In this document: piece after piece, positions 21,920 through 32,735 of the stretch
Layout: each line of letters starts with the position of its first letter
How positions within the stretch are numbered: the first letter of the stretch is position 1
Assembly: GCA_965217865.1 (NCBI GenBank)
Contig: CBDCJO010000002.1
Location: 4,000,001-4,064,000 of the forward strand
Source: Candidatus Latescibacterota bacterium
GTDB taxonomy: Bacteria > Latescibacterota > UBA2968 > SICM01
DNA: 64,000 nt
Direction: 5' to 3'
Program-made: the position numbers and the translations under genes
The notes under the pieces: model-generated
The model's database searches: none
Seen by the model: only the letters and a program-made list of their open reading frames with translations
Told to the model about the DNA's origin: nothing

Positions 21920-22075
21920 CCCGTAGATCGTGGATCGTGATTCGGGGATCGGAAAAGCAAAAAAAACTTTGGCAATTCATCCAATAATTCCCATCGATCA
22001 TTAACGAATCACGAATCACGAATCACGAATCACGAATCACGAATCACGAATCACGAATCACGAATCACGAATCAC
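21920..22075. repeat. Inverted heptamer arms: TCGTGAT-type units, then (ACGAATC)x10 perfect at 22004-22073
   Basis: Counted directly. Confidence 0.9.
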
Positions 22076-22098
22076 TATCCCCGGGTTTTGGATCATCC

Positions 22099-24060
22099 CT
22101 AGAAATTAACCTTTCCAGTGATCATGGCCAGAAGGGGGAAGAGGCTCTTCGAGACCGCTTCTGCCAGGATTAAACCCAAAAAGAACGGCCTCGTCCGACC
22201 GTAGAGCGATGGCCCCCCGTATTTCAACACGTTCCGTTTCACCAACCAGGCCACCAAGACATTGATCCAATAGGCCCAGGTGGGAAGGTTTCCTATGAGG
22301 AAACCCACCGGAAGAATCGGCCACCAATAGAACAGTTTCCGGGCAAGGATAAGCAAGCCCATAATCACCGCTCCCAACCCCGACCAGAAGAGGCGGATGG
22401 GCTGTCCCTCGGAGGGTTCGACGATGGCTCCCCCATAGTAATTCAGGTGGTAATTCAACGCCTTGATCACATAGTAGTGGTCCGTAAAACCGTAGGCTCC
22501 CAGGCTGTAGGCATAGTGCAGCATCGTGGCCGCAGCCGTCACACCCCCTACGAACAGCGCAAGGAAAGCGAGAGTCAACATCGGGCCAGATCGACGCCCT
22601 TTCCGATGGGTCAGCTTGAGAGTCGTCGATGTGCTGGCCATCACGTGGGTCCTTGCCGGAAATGACCAGGGTTGCGCCAGGAAAAAACCGGCTGTTGTGG
22701 GCCCACCAAGCATCCGGGTTCCGGCCGAGTGGAGGAACAATTGCATCGGGCTGAGGGGGGCCCTGAGCACCAACCCGGATTCGGCCAAGACCCGTGTGAC
22801 GCCCGTGAAGGTCACGACCATCACCCCCAGGAAGATAGGGATCACCCATAGTGAGATGCCGGTCAACCGGAGCCAGCCACCTATGAACACCACACCGACG
22901 AACGAACCGATGACCGCAGATCGATAGGATAGTATCTCATCCCCGTCATCCACATCGGAGGCCGACCCGAAGGCCTTTCGAAATACATCCCTCAGATGGC
23001 CCCGGGCTTCATAGAGGCCGAACCCGACAAGAACGACCAGGGCCCCGATCGCTTCCTGATGCAGGTGGGTATGATGTGCGTATGGGGTATAAGGAGGGCT
23101 TCCCAGGAGGGGACTCCCCGAGAGGATGATCAGGTAGGTTTGGAAATATGAGATGAGGGTGAACAGGAGGATGCTGCCCAGGATCTCGAGGGACACCAGG
23201 TAGCAGATCCCCAGGATGTAGAAATCGGTGTAGAAAGGCAATCCGATTGAATTACGGAAGAAGCGAACGTAGAACGAAAAGTTAATGGTTTTGATGAAGG
23301 GGAGGAAACCGTGGAGGATCCTGCTGAGCCCAACCAGGGCGGGGACAGCAAAGCCTGCCCAGAAGACTTTGTTTCGGAGGAGGGGCGGTTCGCCCGCATC
23401 ACCTTCGATCAGTGACAGGGGGAGCTGTGCGATGGGGAATGGAAGGCGCTCCTGATCCATCCAGGGTTTCCGCAGGATCACCATGACCGATATCATCGTT
23501 AAATAGAGCGCCCCCAACATCATTCCCCAGGCGAGCAAGGGGCCGACCCAGGATCGATACGGGGCTCCTTCACCGGACTCCATCCCTTCGAAGAATCCCT
23601 TTGCCACGGAGGGATCTTTGATCGCCAAACCGTCGGGCAGAATGGGTAATACCTGGCTGTCCCACTTGTTATCCGGAGTGGCGTAATGTGCGAATCCCAC
23701 CATGTGCGGGATCAGTTGACTCATGAGCCCCCTGGTAGAGACCCCGGACACCATCAGCAGCATGGAGAAGATGATCAGGAGCTCCCTTGGCGCCAATCCC
23801 GAATGGAGGATTCCGACCCGTTTCAGCAGCGTGGTGATGCAGATCAGCAAACACAGGAAAAACAGGGCGCCTGAGCCGTGTCCGTCAGAAGTCAGGGCCG
23901 CAAGTCCGGTTGCACCGACGGCCTGTACCCCGACGTCCAGATAGGCCAGGAGCCCGCTCAGGACAAGGCCGATAAGCGCAGCCCGCAGGGTTACCCCCGA
24001 GGATATTCCTGCCAGATTTTGCCCGGCCCCCCCGGGCTGATGTGAGGAATCCTGTTTCAT
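22099..24060 (-). CDS. Multi-pass membrane protein, putative transporter (DUF6785/DUF6784-like)
   Basis: Many TM helices; W...ERL.FP and YGG..LY...RPFFLGLILA motifs. Confidence 0.7.
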   Translation of the reverse strand: MKQDSSHQPGGAGQNLAGISSGVTLRAALIGLVLSGLLAYLDVGVQAVGATGLAALTSDGHGSGALFFLCLLICITTLLKRVGILHSGLAPRELLIIFSMLLMVSGVSTRGLMSQLIPHMVGFAHYATPDNKWDSQVLPILPDGLAIKDPSVAKGFFEGMESGEGAPYRSWVGPLLAWGMMLGALYLTMISVMVILRKPWMDQERLPFPIAQLPLSLIEGDAGEPPLLRNKVFWAGFAVPALVGLSRILHGFLPFIKTINFSFYVRFFRNSIGLPFYTDFYILGICYLVSLEILGSILLFTLISYFQTYLIILSGSPLLGSPPYTPYAHHTHLHQEAIGALVVLVGFGLYEARGHLRDVFRKAFGSASDVDDGDEILSYRSAVIGSFVGVVFIGGWLRLTGISLWVIPIFLGVMVVTFTGVTRVLAESGLVLRAPLSPMQLFLHSAGTRMLGGPTTAGFFLAQPWSFPARTHVMASTSTTLKLTHRKGRRSGPMLTLAFLALFVGGVTAAATMLHYAYSLGAYGFTDHYYVIKALNYHLNYYGGAIVEPSEGQPIRLFWSGLGAVIMGLLILARKLFYWWPILPVGFLIGNLPTWAYWINVLVAWLVKRNVLKYGGPSLYGRTRPFFLGLILAEAVSKSLFPLLAMITGKVNF

Positions 24061-24697
24061 GTCTAAAAGGTTGGTGGCATCATAGTGGTGTTGGACGGAG
24101 AGGCCAGGTTATAACTGTGTAGCAATGGGGGAGGTTAGACGGCCAGGCTTCGCTTCTCCCGGTCGCGACCAAAAAAGATGTATGCATCCTTAAGTAGAAG
24201 TTGGATTGTAAGACTCTAAACAATCGGACAATTCCTTTGGATCACCCCCTTAAGAAGGCCACAGTACTCCAGAGAAAAAGGATTGTCAACATAAAAAATA
24301 GAGAGATAAGCTCAACAAGGGTCGGGAGATGGGAAGGATTTCAACGGGATGTAAAGAGGTTTGGACGGGGTTCCGAGGGGTTCGGATTTTCTGCCCAATT
24401 GTGATTTGGATTACATTTTTTGGGGAGAAATTTGCCGATAATAAGAAGGAAATATTTCCCCGAATCAAAGAAATTTCGGTAAGATCATTTATTCTGTGAA
24501 AGTTATCGAATAGGAGACCGGTCGCGTCGGGCGATGGCCTTAAGATCATAAGAGATGCCCGAGAGCAATTGCCTCAGAGAAATGCACTCCCTGTTCAGCG
24601 GGTCGAAAATTGGCCATTTATTCGTCCCCCTGATCTGTATTACCAAATCTCCCCCATGCCGATATGGTATGGGTTTTTTTATGTCAGGCTTATCAGG

Positions 24698-25378
24698 ATG
24701 TGGAATTTAAAAGGATTCTTGAAAAACTTTCTCCTTTCGGCCGCGATTGTCGGCCTGGCCGCCGCCAGTCTCTCCTTCATACAGAACACCCGCAGCATCC
24801 AACAGGTCGGAAGTCCCGAAGATCTTCGGAGCCGTTTGGCCGCTCTAAAAGATATCCGCGATCAGATTCGAGCGTTCGGCGAACAACAGGAAGCGACCGG
24901 AGATATCGTTAAACGTCTCGCCGTGATTCGATACTATGCGGTTTACTACGGGATTGACACCGGGCTTTCAGCAACCGTCTTTGAAGTCGCGACGAAGAAT
25001 GGCTTCGATCCCGACCTGATCTTTCGGATCATAGAGGTCGAATCCAGCTTCAGGTCCTCCGTCGTATCCCATAAAGGTGCGGTGGGGCTGATGCAGGTCA
25101 TGCCTTCAACAGCATCGGGATATGGGGTGGATCGCCCCTCTCTGTTCGACTCCCTCACAAACTTGCAGGTGGGCGTTCTCCACCTGAAATATTGCCTTTC
25201 CGCAGAGGACAATGATCTGGTCCGGGCCCTGGACCGTTATAACCGGGGATATCGACCCGACCCACATCATCGCTACGCAAAACGCGTTTTAGAGGGAAGG
25301 GACGAGAGCTCTTTAATTCCGAATCCTCCCAACATCCCCTTAAAAGAAAATGTGGAAATATTGAAGTATAGAGGATAG
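24698..25378 (+). CDS. Lytic transglycosylase (SLT domain) with N-terminal membrane anchor
   Basis: IIEVESSF, GAVGLMQVMP and YNRG motifs. Confidence 0.9.
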   Translation: MWNLKGFLKNFLLSAAIVGLAAASLSFIQNTRSIQQVGSPEDLRSRLAALKDIRDQIRAFGEQQEATGDIVKRLAVIRYYAVYYGIDTGLSATVFEVATKNGFDPDLIFRIIEVESSFRSSVVSHKGAVGLMQVMPSTASGYGVDRPSLFDSLTNLQVGVLHLKYCLSAEDNDLVRALDRYNRGYRPDPHHRYAKRVLEGRDESSLIPNPPNIPLKENVEILKYRG

Positions 25379-25624
25379 ATCGTTTCTCCCAAACTTCCGC
25401 AAGTCCATTTCCCATACCCTCCTTTAGTACTCCCTGTCGTAATTCTCAAGGATCATCGCATCCTGCCAACCTTATTCTATTGATATCATTTGTGCTTGCG
25501 GGACGGGATCATATTTACTATCTTATTCTATGATTTTGGCTCAGTTCGATCGGGCGAAGTAGGCTGATGTCGTTAGGAAAGCTACGCCGGTCCGGTGTGG
25601 TTTTTTGATTTTAGGAGAAATCCT

Positions 25625-25942
25625 ATGCGCTCCTCTATGAGAGGGCGATCTCATCTAAGAAGCCAGAAGGTAAAGCCTGCGGAGAAGGAACCGCCAAAGG
25701 CAGAAAAACAGTCTGTCCACATCGTGTTCGCCAATACGACGAATCCCGAGACCGGCGCACAGATCTCAAGGAAGATCATCGGAATCTTTGGAGATCGGAA
25801 GGATGCCGAGAAGTTAGAGGAGACTTTTAATCAACAGGAACAGCAGGCCGATGATGTGGTCGTCAAGGCATTCTCGAGCCGGTATGCCCTTCCGTATGTC
25901 GCCCCTGTCGTCAAGGAATTGCTGGTGCAGCCGGATGAGTGA
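25625..25942 (+). CDS. Hypothetical protein
   Basis: AGGAGA RBS before ATG 25625; plausible composition. Confidence 0.6.
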   Translation: MRSSMRGRSHLRSQKVKPAEKEPPKAEKQSVHIVFANTTNPETGAQISRKIIGIFGDRKDAEKLEETFNQQEQQADDVVVKAFSSRYALPYVAPVVKELLVQPDE

Positions 25943-26146
25943 GGCTATCGGGGCATCCAGATTTTTCTGAACAGAACTGCGGGTTTATCGTTATTAAATC
26001 GAGTCAGGGAGCCTGAGCGTTAGAAAGGCCCTCTGGCTTTTTGTTTGTCTGGGAGATCAAGAGTCATACGCAGACCGACCGTTCTGCATGAGAATGGGGA
26101 TGGAAAGATGAGAGAAGCCCAGGATCAGAAGAGGAGGAACACGAGG

Positions 26147-26641
26147 ATGCTGGTTCCGACGATTATTATGGGAACCCTGGCGATTATTCTTGTTCTGGTG
26201 GGATACTACCAAGGCCAGGGGCAACATATCGGAGGTCTAAGATTATCCATTCGTATGATCGCAGAAATTCTACCCCTGTTCATGTTTGCGTTTGTTGTTG
26301 CGGGCATGATCCAGGTCCTTATTCCGCAGGAGGCGATATCCAAGTGGGTTGGCGCCGAGTCGGGAATGCGAGGTATCATCCTGGGGACAGTCGCCGGAGG
26401 CCTCATTCCCGGGGGGCCTTATGTGAGCCTGCCTGTTGCAGCCGGGTTTTTGCGAGGGGGTGCAAGTGTGGGGTCGGTCGTCGCATTTTTAGCGGGATGG
26501 TCGCTCTGGTCCATCCCCAGGTTACCGATGGAGGTCGGGATATTGGGTTGGCAGTTCACCCTGGTCCGGATCGCGAGCACATTCTTTTTCCCCCCCGTTG
26601 CCGGGTTGATCGCTCAGACTTTTTTCCCAAGTGCGAAATAA
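26147..26641 (+). CDS. Predicted permease (DUF318-like)
   Basis: KWVGAESG, IPGGPY and E.GILG motifs; hydrophobic; GAGGAGG RBS. Confidence 0.75.
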   Translation: MLVPTIIMGTLAIILVLVGYYQGQGQHIGGLRLSIRMIAEILPLFMFAFVVAGMIQVLIPQEAISKWVGAESGMRGIILGTVAGGLIPGGPYVSLPVAAGFLRGGASVGSVVAFLAGWSLWSIPRLPMEVGILGWQFTLVRIASTFFFPPVAGLIAQTFFPSAK

Positions 26642-26703
26642 GCGAAAGTCCCGGGGACCCAGTTCGCGATCCTGGAAAATCGAACCCCTTTGACCTTTTC
26701 CGA

Positions 26704-29283
26704 TTATGTTTTTCGATGATCGGCGAGTCTCCGCACGGCCTGTTCCACCTGTCGTGCGGCTTCTTTGTAATCCCCGATCCCTTCGAGGGTGACCGGGGCA
26801 CCGAATTTTACCCCTACACGCCCCCTGCGGGGCCATTTTTTATGGATCGAGAAGACCTCGAACAAACCGTCGATATGGATCGGGATAACCGGAATCCGAA
26901 GGCCGATCCCCATCAGGCCGATACCCGGTTTGAAAGGGTTCAGTTCTCCGTCGGGGGAACGAACCCCTTCAGGAAAGACCAGTGGGCAGTATCCCAGATC
27001 CGCAAGCTCTCCAGTGTAGATCAGCGCCCGGCGAATTCGACCCATCTCCTGCGGAAGGGGGTAGGCATTGAAAAGGCCACAGGCGATATAAAACTTAATC
27101 GCACTTGTCAACCTTGCGGAAAAAGGAAATCCTTCCGGATGAAAATAGGGCTGAAAATAAGCCTGCATCATCGCGGGTGCCAGACGCCACCGCCATTCGA
27201 AGGGGAGGGAGGCCAGGATGGTGGGCGTATCGAAATGACTCGTATGATTGGCGGCGAAGATAACGGGGGGCCGGACCTTTTTGAGATTCTCGCCACCTTC
27301 CACGGTGATATCAACGATCCAGCGGAGTATGGGCAGGAGCGCGCACTGGAGAGCGGTCACACGGGACCAGCGAACGGGAAAAGACCGGGTCCACCGGGGA
27401 AGGTTGAACCGAACCGGTTTGTCCGGACCCTTCGGGATTGTCCGACCTCGTCGAGGTAAACCGCTTTCGAGCAATGAAGATTCAAGGCCTTCGGATGACC
27501 GGTCCAGCCACGCCTTGACTTCCCCCAGAGAAGACAGGCCGGCGAAGGTTTCCTCTTCCAGTTCCAATCCGTATCGATCCTCGAGCGCCGAAAGGAGATC
27601 GACCCTTTCAAGGGAGGACAATCCAAGATCTTCGACCAGCCGGTGGTCGTCCCTCAAATCCGACGTGTTCCTTCCGGCCATTCGAGCGATAATACCTTCG
27701 ATCCCAGGGGCCTCTTCCCCCTCTTTGTGTGGTTTGCTTGACGCCGTCGGGAGTAGGCGACCGGCCACTTCCCGCCTCAGGAGCTTCAGGGTCGATGGCG
27801 TTCGAGGAAAGCTCTCTTCAGGCCAGATGGACCAGGCTCGAATATGCTGGTGGGGTTCCAGCACCCGATTTGCCTTTTGAATGATTTTTTCGGGATTGGA
27901 CCCTTCATCTTCCAGGATCAAGGCGGCGTGAACGCGTTCTTCCCCGTTTGTCGGAAGGCCGACCACCACGCTCTCACGAACTTCAGGGAGGCGATTCAAG
28001 GCGGATTCAACGTCCTGCGGATGGACATTGAGCCCGTCAGAAGTCACGATGACGTCTTTTTTCCTTCCTTTATAGTAAAGAAGCCCTTCCTGATCGATTT
28101 CCCCGATATCCCCTGTGTGCAACCATCCGTTTTCAACGATTTTCGAGGATTCTTCTCCGGCCCCCATGAATTCCGTGACCACGTTCTCACCGCGGACCAG
28201 GATTTCACCGTCGGGGGCTATCCTGATTTCCTGTTCCCCGAGTGCCTTTCCGAGGGACCCCCGGCGCGTTTTGAATGGGTGATTCACGGACACCACGGGG
28301 CTGGTTTCCGTAAGACCGTAACCCTGAACCAGAATAAAACCGTGCCGGGACCAGAATTCCTCGATTTCAGGGTCAACCCGCGCCCCTCCCACGACGACGA
28401 ACCAGAACTTCCAGCCGAACTCCGCGTGGATAGATCGAGATCGCCAGGAGCGCCTCATGAAGGCCAGGGCGCCCTCTTTTTGAGGCGTTGTTGGAAGGAG
28501 ATCGAATCTCCGATCCAATTCGTTTTGGAGATTCATGAGGAGACGCGGGACGGCGACCAGGACCGAGATACGTTCCCGCCGTATGATCCGGATGATCGCG
28601 CTGGGGCGAAGGTCGCTCGAGTAGACCGCGGAGCCTTCGAGGAGCACGGGGATAAAAGCGCCAAGCGATTGCCCGAACATATGGCTGAGGGGGAGCATGT
28701 CCAAAAATCGGATGGGTTGGAAGGGACGTGCATATTTTTTGTAACGATCGATCTCCTTCTTGAACGGCTTCAGATTCGCGCAGATGTTGCGGTGACGATG
28801 GACGACGCCCTTGGGCTCTCCAGTAGTTCCGGAAGTAAACACGATTTCCGCGATGTCATCGGGTTCGACATCAGAGACTTCGAATTCCGCTTTTTCCGCG
28901 AGCCCATCGATTTGATCGAAAGAAAGCCCCTCTATCTGGAGCGGCGGGACGGCCTTTCCGTGAACCAGCAGGCGGGCTCCGACAATATCCTGGATCCTCC
29001 GGACAAGCCGGTCGGAGGATCGAAAATCGATCGGGACCACCGCAACACCTGAAGCCAGACACCCCCAGAAGGCGATCAGCCACTCCGGCCGGTTTTCACC
29101 CCATATTAACAGCCGGTCTCCCTTTCGGATTCCCCGCTCATCCAGAAAATCGATAAAGCCTCCTATTCCCGCCAGAAGCTCCTTGTAAGTGAGTTTAATG
29201 GTGCGAAGGCCGGTGTGGAATCGGACGGCCTCGCAATCACTAAGCCGACGCATATCGGGGAGGAGATCGAGAAGTGTTTTCAT
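26704..29283 (-). CDS. AMP-dependent acyl ligase-ACP-acyltransferase fusion (Aas-like)
   Basis: FTSGTTGEPKG, GYGLTE and TGD (ANL); DLGLSSL (ACP); NHTSHFD and FPEG (PlsC). Confidence 0.9.
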   Translation of the reverse strand: MKTLLDLLPDMRRLSDCEAVRFHTGLRTIKLTYKELLAGIGGFIDFLDERGIRKGDRLLIWGENRPEWLIAFWGCLASGVAVVPIDFRSSDRLVRRIQDIVGARLLVHGKAVPPLQIEGLSFDQIDGLAEKAEFEVSDVEPDDIAEIVFTSGTTGEPKGVVHRHRNICANLKPFKKEIDRYKKYARPFQPIRFLDMLPLSHMFGQSLGAFIPVLLEGSAVYSSDLRPSAIIRIIRRERISVLVAVPRLLMNLQNELDRRFDLLPTTPQKEGALAFMRRSWRSRSIHAEFGWKFWFVVVGGARVDPEIEEFWSRHGFILVQGYGLTETSPVVSVNHPFKTRRGSLGKALGEQEIRIAPDGEILVRGENVVTEFMGAGEESSKIVENGWLHTGDIGEIDQEGLLYYKGRKKDVIVTSDGLNVHPQDVESALNRLPEVRESVVVGLPTNGEERVHAALILEDEGSNPEKIIQKANRVLEPHQHIRAWSIWPEESFPRTPSTLKLLRREVAGRLLPTASSKPHKEGEEAPGIEGIIARMAGRNTSDLRDDHRLVEDLGLSSLERVDLLSALEDRYGLELEEETFAGLSSLGEVKAWLDRSSEGLESSLLESGLPRRGRTIPKGPDKPVRFNLPRWTRSFPVRWSRVTALQCALLPILRWIVDITVEGGENLKKVRPPVIFAANHTSHFDTPTILASLPFEWRWRLAPAMMQAYFQPYFHPEGFPFSARLTSAIKFYIACGLFNAYPLPQEMGRIRRALIYTGELADLGYCPLVFPEGVRSPDGELNPFKPGIGLMGIGLRIPVIPIHIDGLFEVFSIHKKWPRRGRVGVKFGAPVTLEGIGDYKEAARQVEQAVRRLADHRKT

Positions 29284-29331
29284 GGTGTCGCCACGGAGGA
29301 TTTCTATATATTACACAGGGGTCGGGGGCCA

Positions 29332-29460
29332 GGGAAAATTGAAGATCGACGATTGAAGATTATTGAAGATTGAAAATCGAAGAGATCCAAATGGCCACAG
29401 TAGTCCTGAGGTGTTCAAATCTTCAATTTTCCGATATTCAATATTCAATGAAGTTTGGGA
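29332..29460 (+). repeat. AT-rich MITE-like element (intact copy)
   Basis: Homologous to 16808-16910 (reverse complement) and 37833-39275. Confidence 0.75.
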
Positions 29461-29540
29461 GGTGAGGGGGAATTCAAATGCAAAATGCAAAAACCCGTGT
29501 CGCGCCCAAAAAGGAATGGTTCAAGAACTGTAATAGAAGG

Positions 29541-29705
29541 ATCCCTCGACTACGCAGCGCTGAGGCGCTGCTCCGCTCAGGATGTAGTCTTTCGACTACG
29601 CGGCAAAACCACCGTGGAGTTTAACCTGAGTCCCCTTCGACTCCCCTTCGTTCCGCTCAGGGCCGGGGCTTCGACAAGCTCAGGATAGACTTTGTCGAAG
29701 GGCTC
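29541..29705. repeat. REP-like palindromic element, CCTTCGAC/GCTCAGG family
   Basis: Homologous to 4591-4716 with the inner module inverted. Confidence 0.75.
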
Positions 29706-29756
29706 GGGCCTTGGCTTTCGAAACAATCAACATTCACTTCAAAGAGGACGTCTTTT

Positions 29757-30605
29757 ATGCCCGCACGCAAACGGGGAAAAAAACAGAGGCGGCTCACAGA
29801 AGAGCAGAGGCAGCAACTGGCGATCGACGGTTATCTGGTTTTGAAGCAAGTGCTGTCACGTTCTGATATAGACCGGCTCACCGGGGAGGTGAACCGGCTC
29901 TACAGGAATCATTTAAGGCAACACAGTGACGAGAAATCGCAGAAGGGGATGGACCGTAGAAATGTTATGGAAGACAGCGATGTCTTCGTGGAGCTGATCG
30001 ATTTCCCGTCCACGTTCCACCTGATGCTGGACCTGCTGGGGCCAAACATCCAGCTGAGCATGTCCGAGGTCGTGGTGCGACCTCCCATCCCGGGTTTTAA
30101 AGGGTATATTCACACAGACGGCGGACAGGCGATGCGTAGGATCCGTGTGACCGAGACAAGCTGGCCGCTTCAATTGAAGATTCAGTACTTTCTGACGGAT
30201 TTACGGAAGCCAAATTGTGGGAACTTTGTGGTGTTTCCCGGCAGTCACCTCAGGCCTTTTCCGGAAGGGGAAAATCCTGTGAGCGTTGAGACCCCGGGAG
30301 CTGTGCAGCTCTGTGTGAGGGCGGGAGACGCGGCGGTTTTTTCCCACTCTCTCTGGCACGGTGCAGGGCCGAACCTGTCGCGCCGGGCCCGAAAAACGCT
30401 GATCTACTGCTACAGCCAGATGTGCTTCCGTCCGTTCGACTTCGAAAAACCCACACCGGACTTGTTGAAACGGTGTTCGCCGAGACAGCGCCGACTGCTG
30501 GGAGACACGGGCCGCGAATGGCGTCACGGTGCCTATTTCTACGCCCCGCCGGATCAGGTCAAGATCATGGCCCGGCGATCACCGGCTAGTCGGGGGCGAA
30601 TCTAA
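29757..30605 (+). CDS. Phytanoyl-CoA dioxygenase (PhyH) family Fe(II)/2OG enzyme
   Basis: DGYLVL, HTD, PGSH and LWHGAGPN motifs. Confidence 0.9.
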   Translation: MPARKRGKKQRRLTEEQRQQLAIDGYLVLKQVLSRSDIDRLTGEVNRLYRNHLRQHSDEKSQKGMDRRNVMEDSDVFVELIDFPSTFHLMLDLLGPNIQLSMSEVVVRPPIPGFKGYIHTDGGQAMRRIRVTETSWPLQLKIQYFLTDLRKPNCGNFVVFPGSHLRPFPEGENPVSVETPGAVQLCVRAGDAAVFSHSLWHGAGPNLSRRARKTLIYCYSQMCFRPFDFEKPTPDLLKRCSPRQRRLLGDTGREWRHGAYFYAPPDQVKIMARRSPASRGRI

Positions 30606-31099
30606 CCCTTTGCGATTTCGGTACGCAGCGCAAAGCTTCTAGCGTCGATTGCACGGTCGGTCGCCAGGATTCCATCCAGGTGATCGATCTCGTGTTGAAG
30701 CAGTTCCGAGAGGCCGTTTCTCGCTTCCAGTTGTTGTTCTTCACCACTTTGGCGGGTGTAATTCACGGTGATTTCGACGCTGCGTTTCACCCGGACCATC
30801 AAGTCAGGAAAGGAGAAGCAATCGTCCCACAGCTCCATCTGCTCCGCGCTCGCCTTCACGACGGCCGGGTTGATCATGGGAAGCGGCTTGCCCACGTCGA
30901 TGAAGACGATGCGTTGAAGGACCCCGATCTGGGGGGCGGCGATGCCCCGTCCGAAACCGTGTCTGGAAACGAAGTCGGCCAGGGTGTCGCTCAGGTGGGC
31001 GATGATTTCACCCGTCTGACTTGATTTCACGTCCGTGACGGGCTTCGACGGTTTCCAGAGGACGGGGTTACCCAACAGAAGGATGTCACGAACAGCCAT
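30602..31099 (-). CDS. def: Peptide deformylase
   Basis: GIAAPQIG, DDCFS (variant of EGCLS), QHEIDHLDG. Confidence 0.85.
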   Translation of the reverse strand: MAVRDILLLGNPVLWKPSKPVTDVKSSQTGEIIAHLSDTLADFVSRHGFGRGIAAPQIGVLQRIVFIDVGKPLPMINPAVVKASAEQMELWDDCFSFPDLMVRVKRSVEITVNYTRQSGEEQQLEARNGLSELLQHEIDHLDGILATDRAIDARSFALRTEIAKG

Positions 31100-31138
31100 T
31101 TGGCTTCTCGGCACGTGTGAAGATTCAGGGGATTTCGT

Positions 31139-32050
31139 CTAATTCGAATTTCTAGGGAAGGCCATCCTGATCGCCTTTGGCACCACGGTCACCTCCAGGG
31201 TTGAACCTCCAGTCATCGCCTCGCCGTCCACCTGGAACCGACCGGGGCCGGGCCGCACAATCCGAAAACCCCGGGTGCGGATTAACTGACTTCCCGGCAT
31301 CTTGTCGATCGTGCCTGTGAACAGGCGTCGCACGTGCCAGAGGGTCCGCGGAAGCGTGTTGGTCTCAATAACACAGAGATCCAGAAGCCCGTCATCTGGA
31401 CGGGCCCCCGGTGCAATCATTACGCCATTTCCAAACTGGGAGGTGTTGGCCACGGTCAATATGGTCGGATGCACACGTAGATCCAGGCCTTCCTCCAACT
31501 TCACGCAGATATCCTCGGGTTTGTATGTGCAGAAGGCACCCAGCGTGAAAATCGCATAGGGTAGAAAACCACGAGGACCGCCCGACCTTTTGTTGCACTG
31601 CCAGCTTACCTCCGCATCCAGCGCCACACCCGCTGTTGAAAAAAAGAATTCTTCTCCGATTCTTCCGACATCAATCGGTTGGACGATGGCCTGGAACAGG
31701 TTCTCGCATGCCTTGCCAGGATTCCGTGGAATTCCAAGGGCGTGTGCAAAGGCGTTGCCCGATCCGGTGGGGAGAAGTCCCAGGACCGTCTCCTTCTTTT
31801 CCAATAGTCCTCTTCCCACTTCATTCAGGGTCCCGTCTCCGCCCACGGCCACTACGAGATCGACTCCATCGTCGGCTGCCTCCCGGGCGAGAGCGGTCCC
31901 GTGTCCCCGATACCCGGTTCGGACTACATCGTAGGTTACCCTTGACCCCTGTAACGCCTTCCGTATGGAATCCTCCACATTGCCACGCCGTTTTCCCGCC
32001 GCAGGGTTTACGACAAACCGCATTTTCGAAAATCGAATCCCCGGATCCAT
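31139..32050 (-). CDS. Diacylglycerol kinase family lipid kinase (YegS/DgkB-like)
   Basis: NPAAG, GGDGTLNEV, PTGSGN and QVDGE motifs. Confidence 0.9.
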   Translation of the reverse strand: MDPGIRFSKMRFVVNPAAGKRRGNVEDSIRKALQGSRVTYDVVRTGYRGHGTALAREAADDGVDLVVAVGGDGTLNEVGRGLLEKKETVLGLLPTGSGNAFAHALGIPRNPGKACENLFQAIVQPIDVGRIGEEFFFSTAGVALDAEVSWQCNKRSGGPRGFLPYAIFTLGAFCTYKPEDICVKLEEGLDLRVHPTILTVANTSQFGNGVMIAPGARPDDGLLDLCVIETNTLPRTLWHVRRLFTGTIDKMPGSQLIRTRGFRIVRPGPGRFQVDGEAMTGGSTLEVTVVPKAIRMAFPRNSN

Positions 32051-32307
32051 TCGTCCAATCCCGGTGTTGGGCTAACCTCCAAGGATATTTCCTGAAAAAG
32101 TGAAATCGGAGAGAATCCACGCCAGCAATGAGCCATAAATCGGATTCGATGTCAATATAAAAAGTTGAGGCAATGGTTCTTCCACCCGTATTATCGTCCA
32201 TCGGTTTTCAAGGTGTGGGAGGATCCCCTTTGCCCGTTAAAACTTGCCTGACAATAGGAAACAAATCTTTTCCTTTTCGCTTTTCAATCAATTCCATATC
32301 TTTCAGA

Positions 32308-32415
32308 CAGCAGTAGCAGTAGCAGTAGCAGTAGCAGTAGCAGTGGCAGGAAAGGCAAAAGGCAGGGGTCAGGGGAAATGCAAAGTGAAAAGTGCAAAAT
32401 GGAAATGCAAATTTA
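32308..32415 (+). repeat. (GCAGTA)n tandem plus GCAAAAT-type heptamers
   Basis: Read directly. Confidence 0.8.
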
Positions 32416-32524
32416 GGAAGACCGGAGACGATGGATAATAATAGAGCGCGATGCCGGGTCGAGACATGGACTCTTCAATTCAGGATATTTTTGACGAATA
32501 TCAAAAAATCGATCGGGTGTCACA

Positions 32525-32641
32525 CCTAACCCCCAAACCCCCTTCCCGAAACGGGAAGGGGGCTAAGGCTTATTATTTAGCCAAACTTCAATCACATGAT
32601 CTCCCTTCCCCGTTTCGGGTGAAGGGCCGGGGGTGGGGTTC
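32525..32641. repeat. Palindromic CCCCTTCCC...GGGAAGGGG element pair
   Basis: Inverted arms seen; fragments recur near 4722 and 8968. Confidence 0.65.
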
Positions 32642-32735
32642 AAGAAGGAAATTATAAGGTGCAAGATGCAAATTGCAAAAGGCAGAATTAACGGCAGAAC
32701 GTTGATGAGCAGATCGAAGGCCGAGGACAAGACCG

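Noticed and set aside
22004-22075. Possible CRISPR array here or in other repeat gaps
   Set aside because: The units are 6-7-nt tandem repeats without unique spacers, and there are no cas genes.
26344-29052. Long plus-strand ORFs 26344-27459 and 27844-29052
   Set aside because: Antisense shadows of the Aas-like gene.
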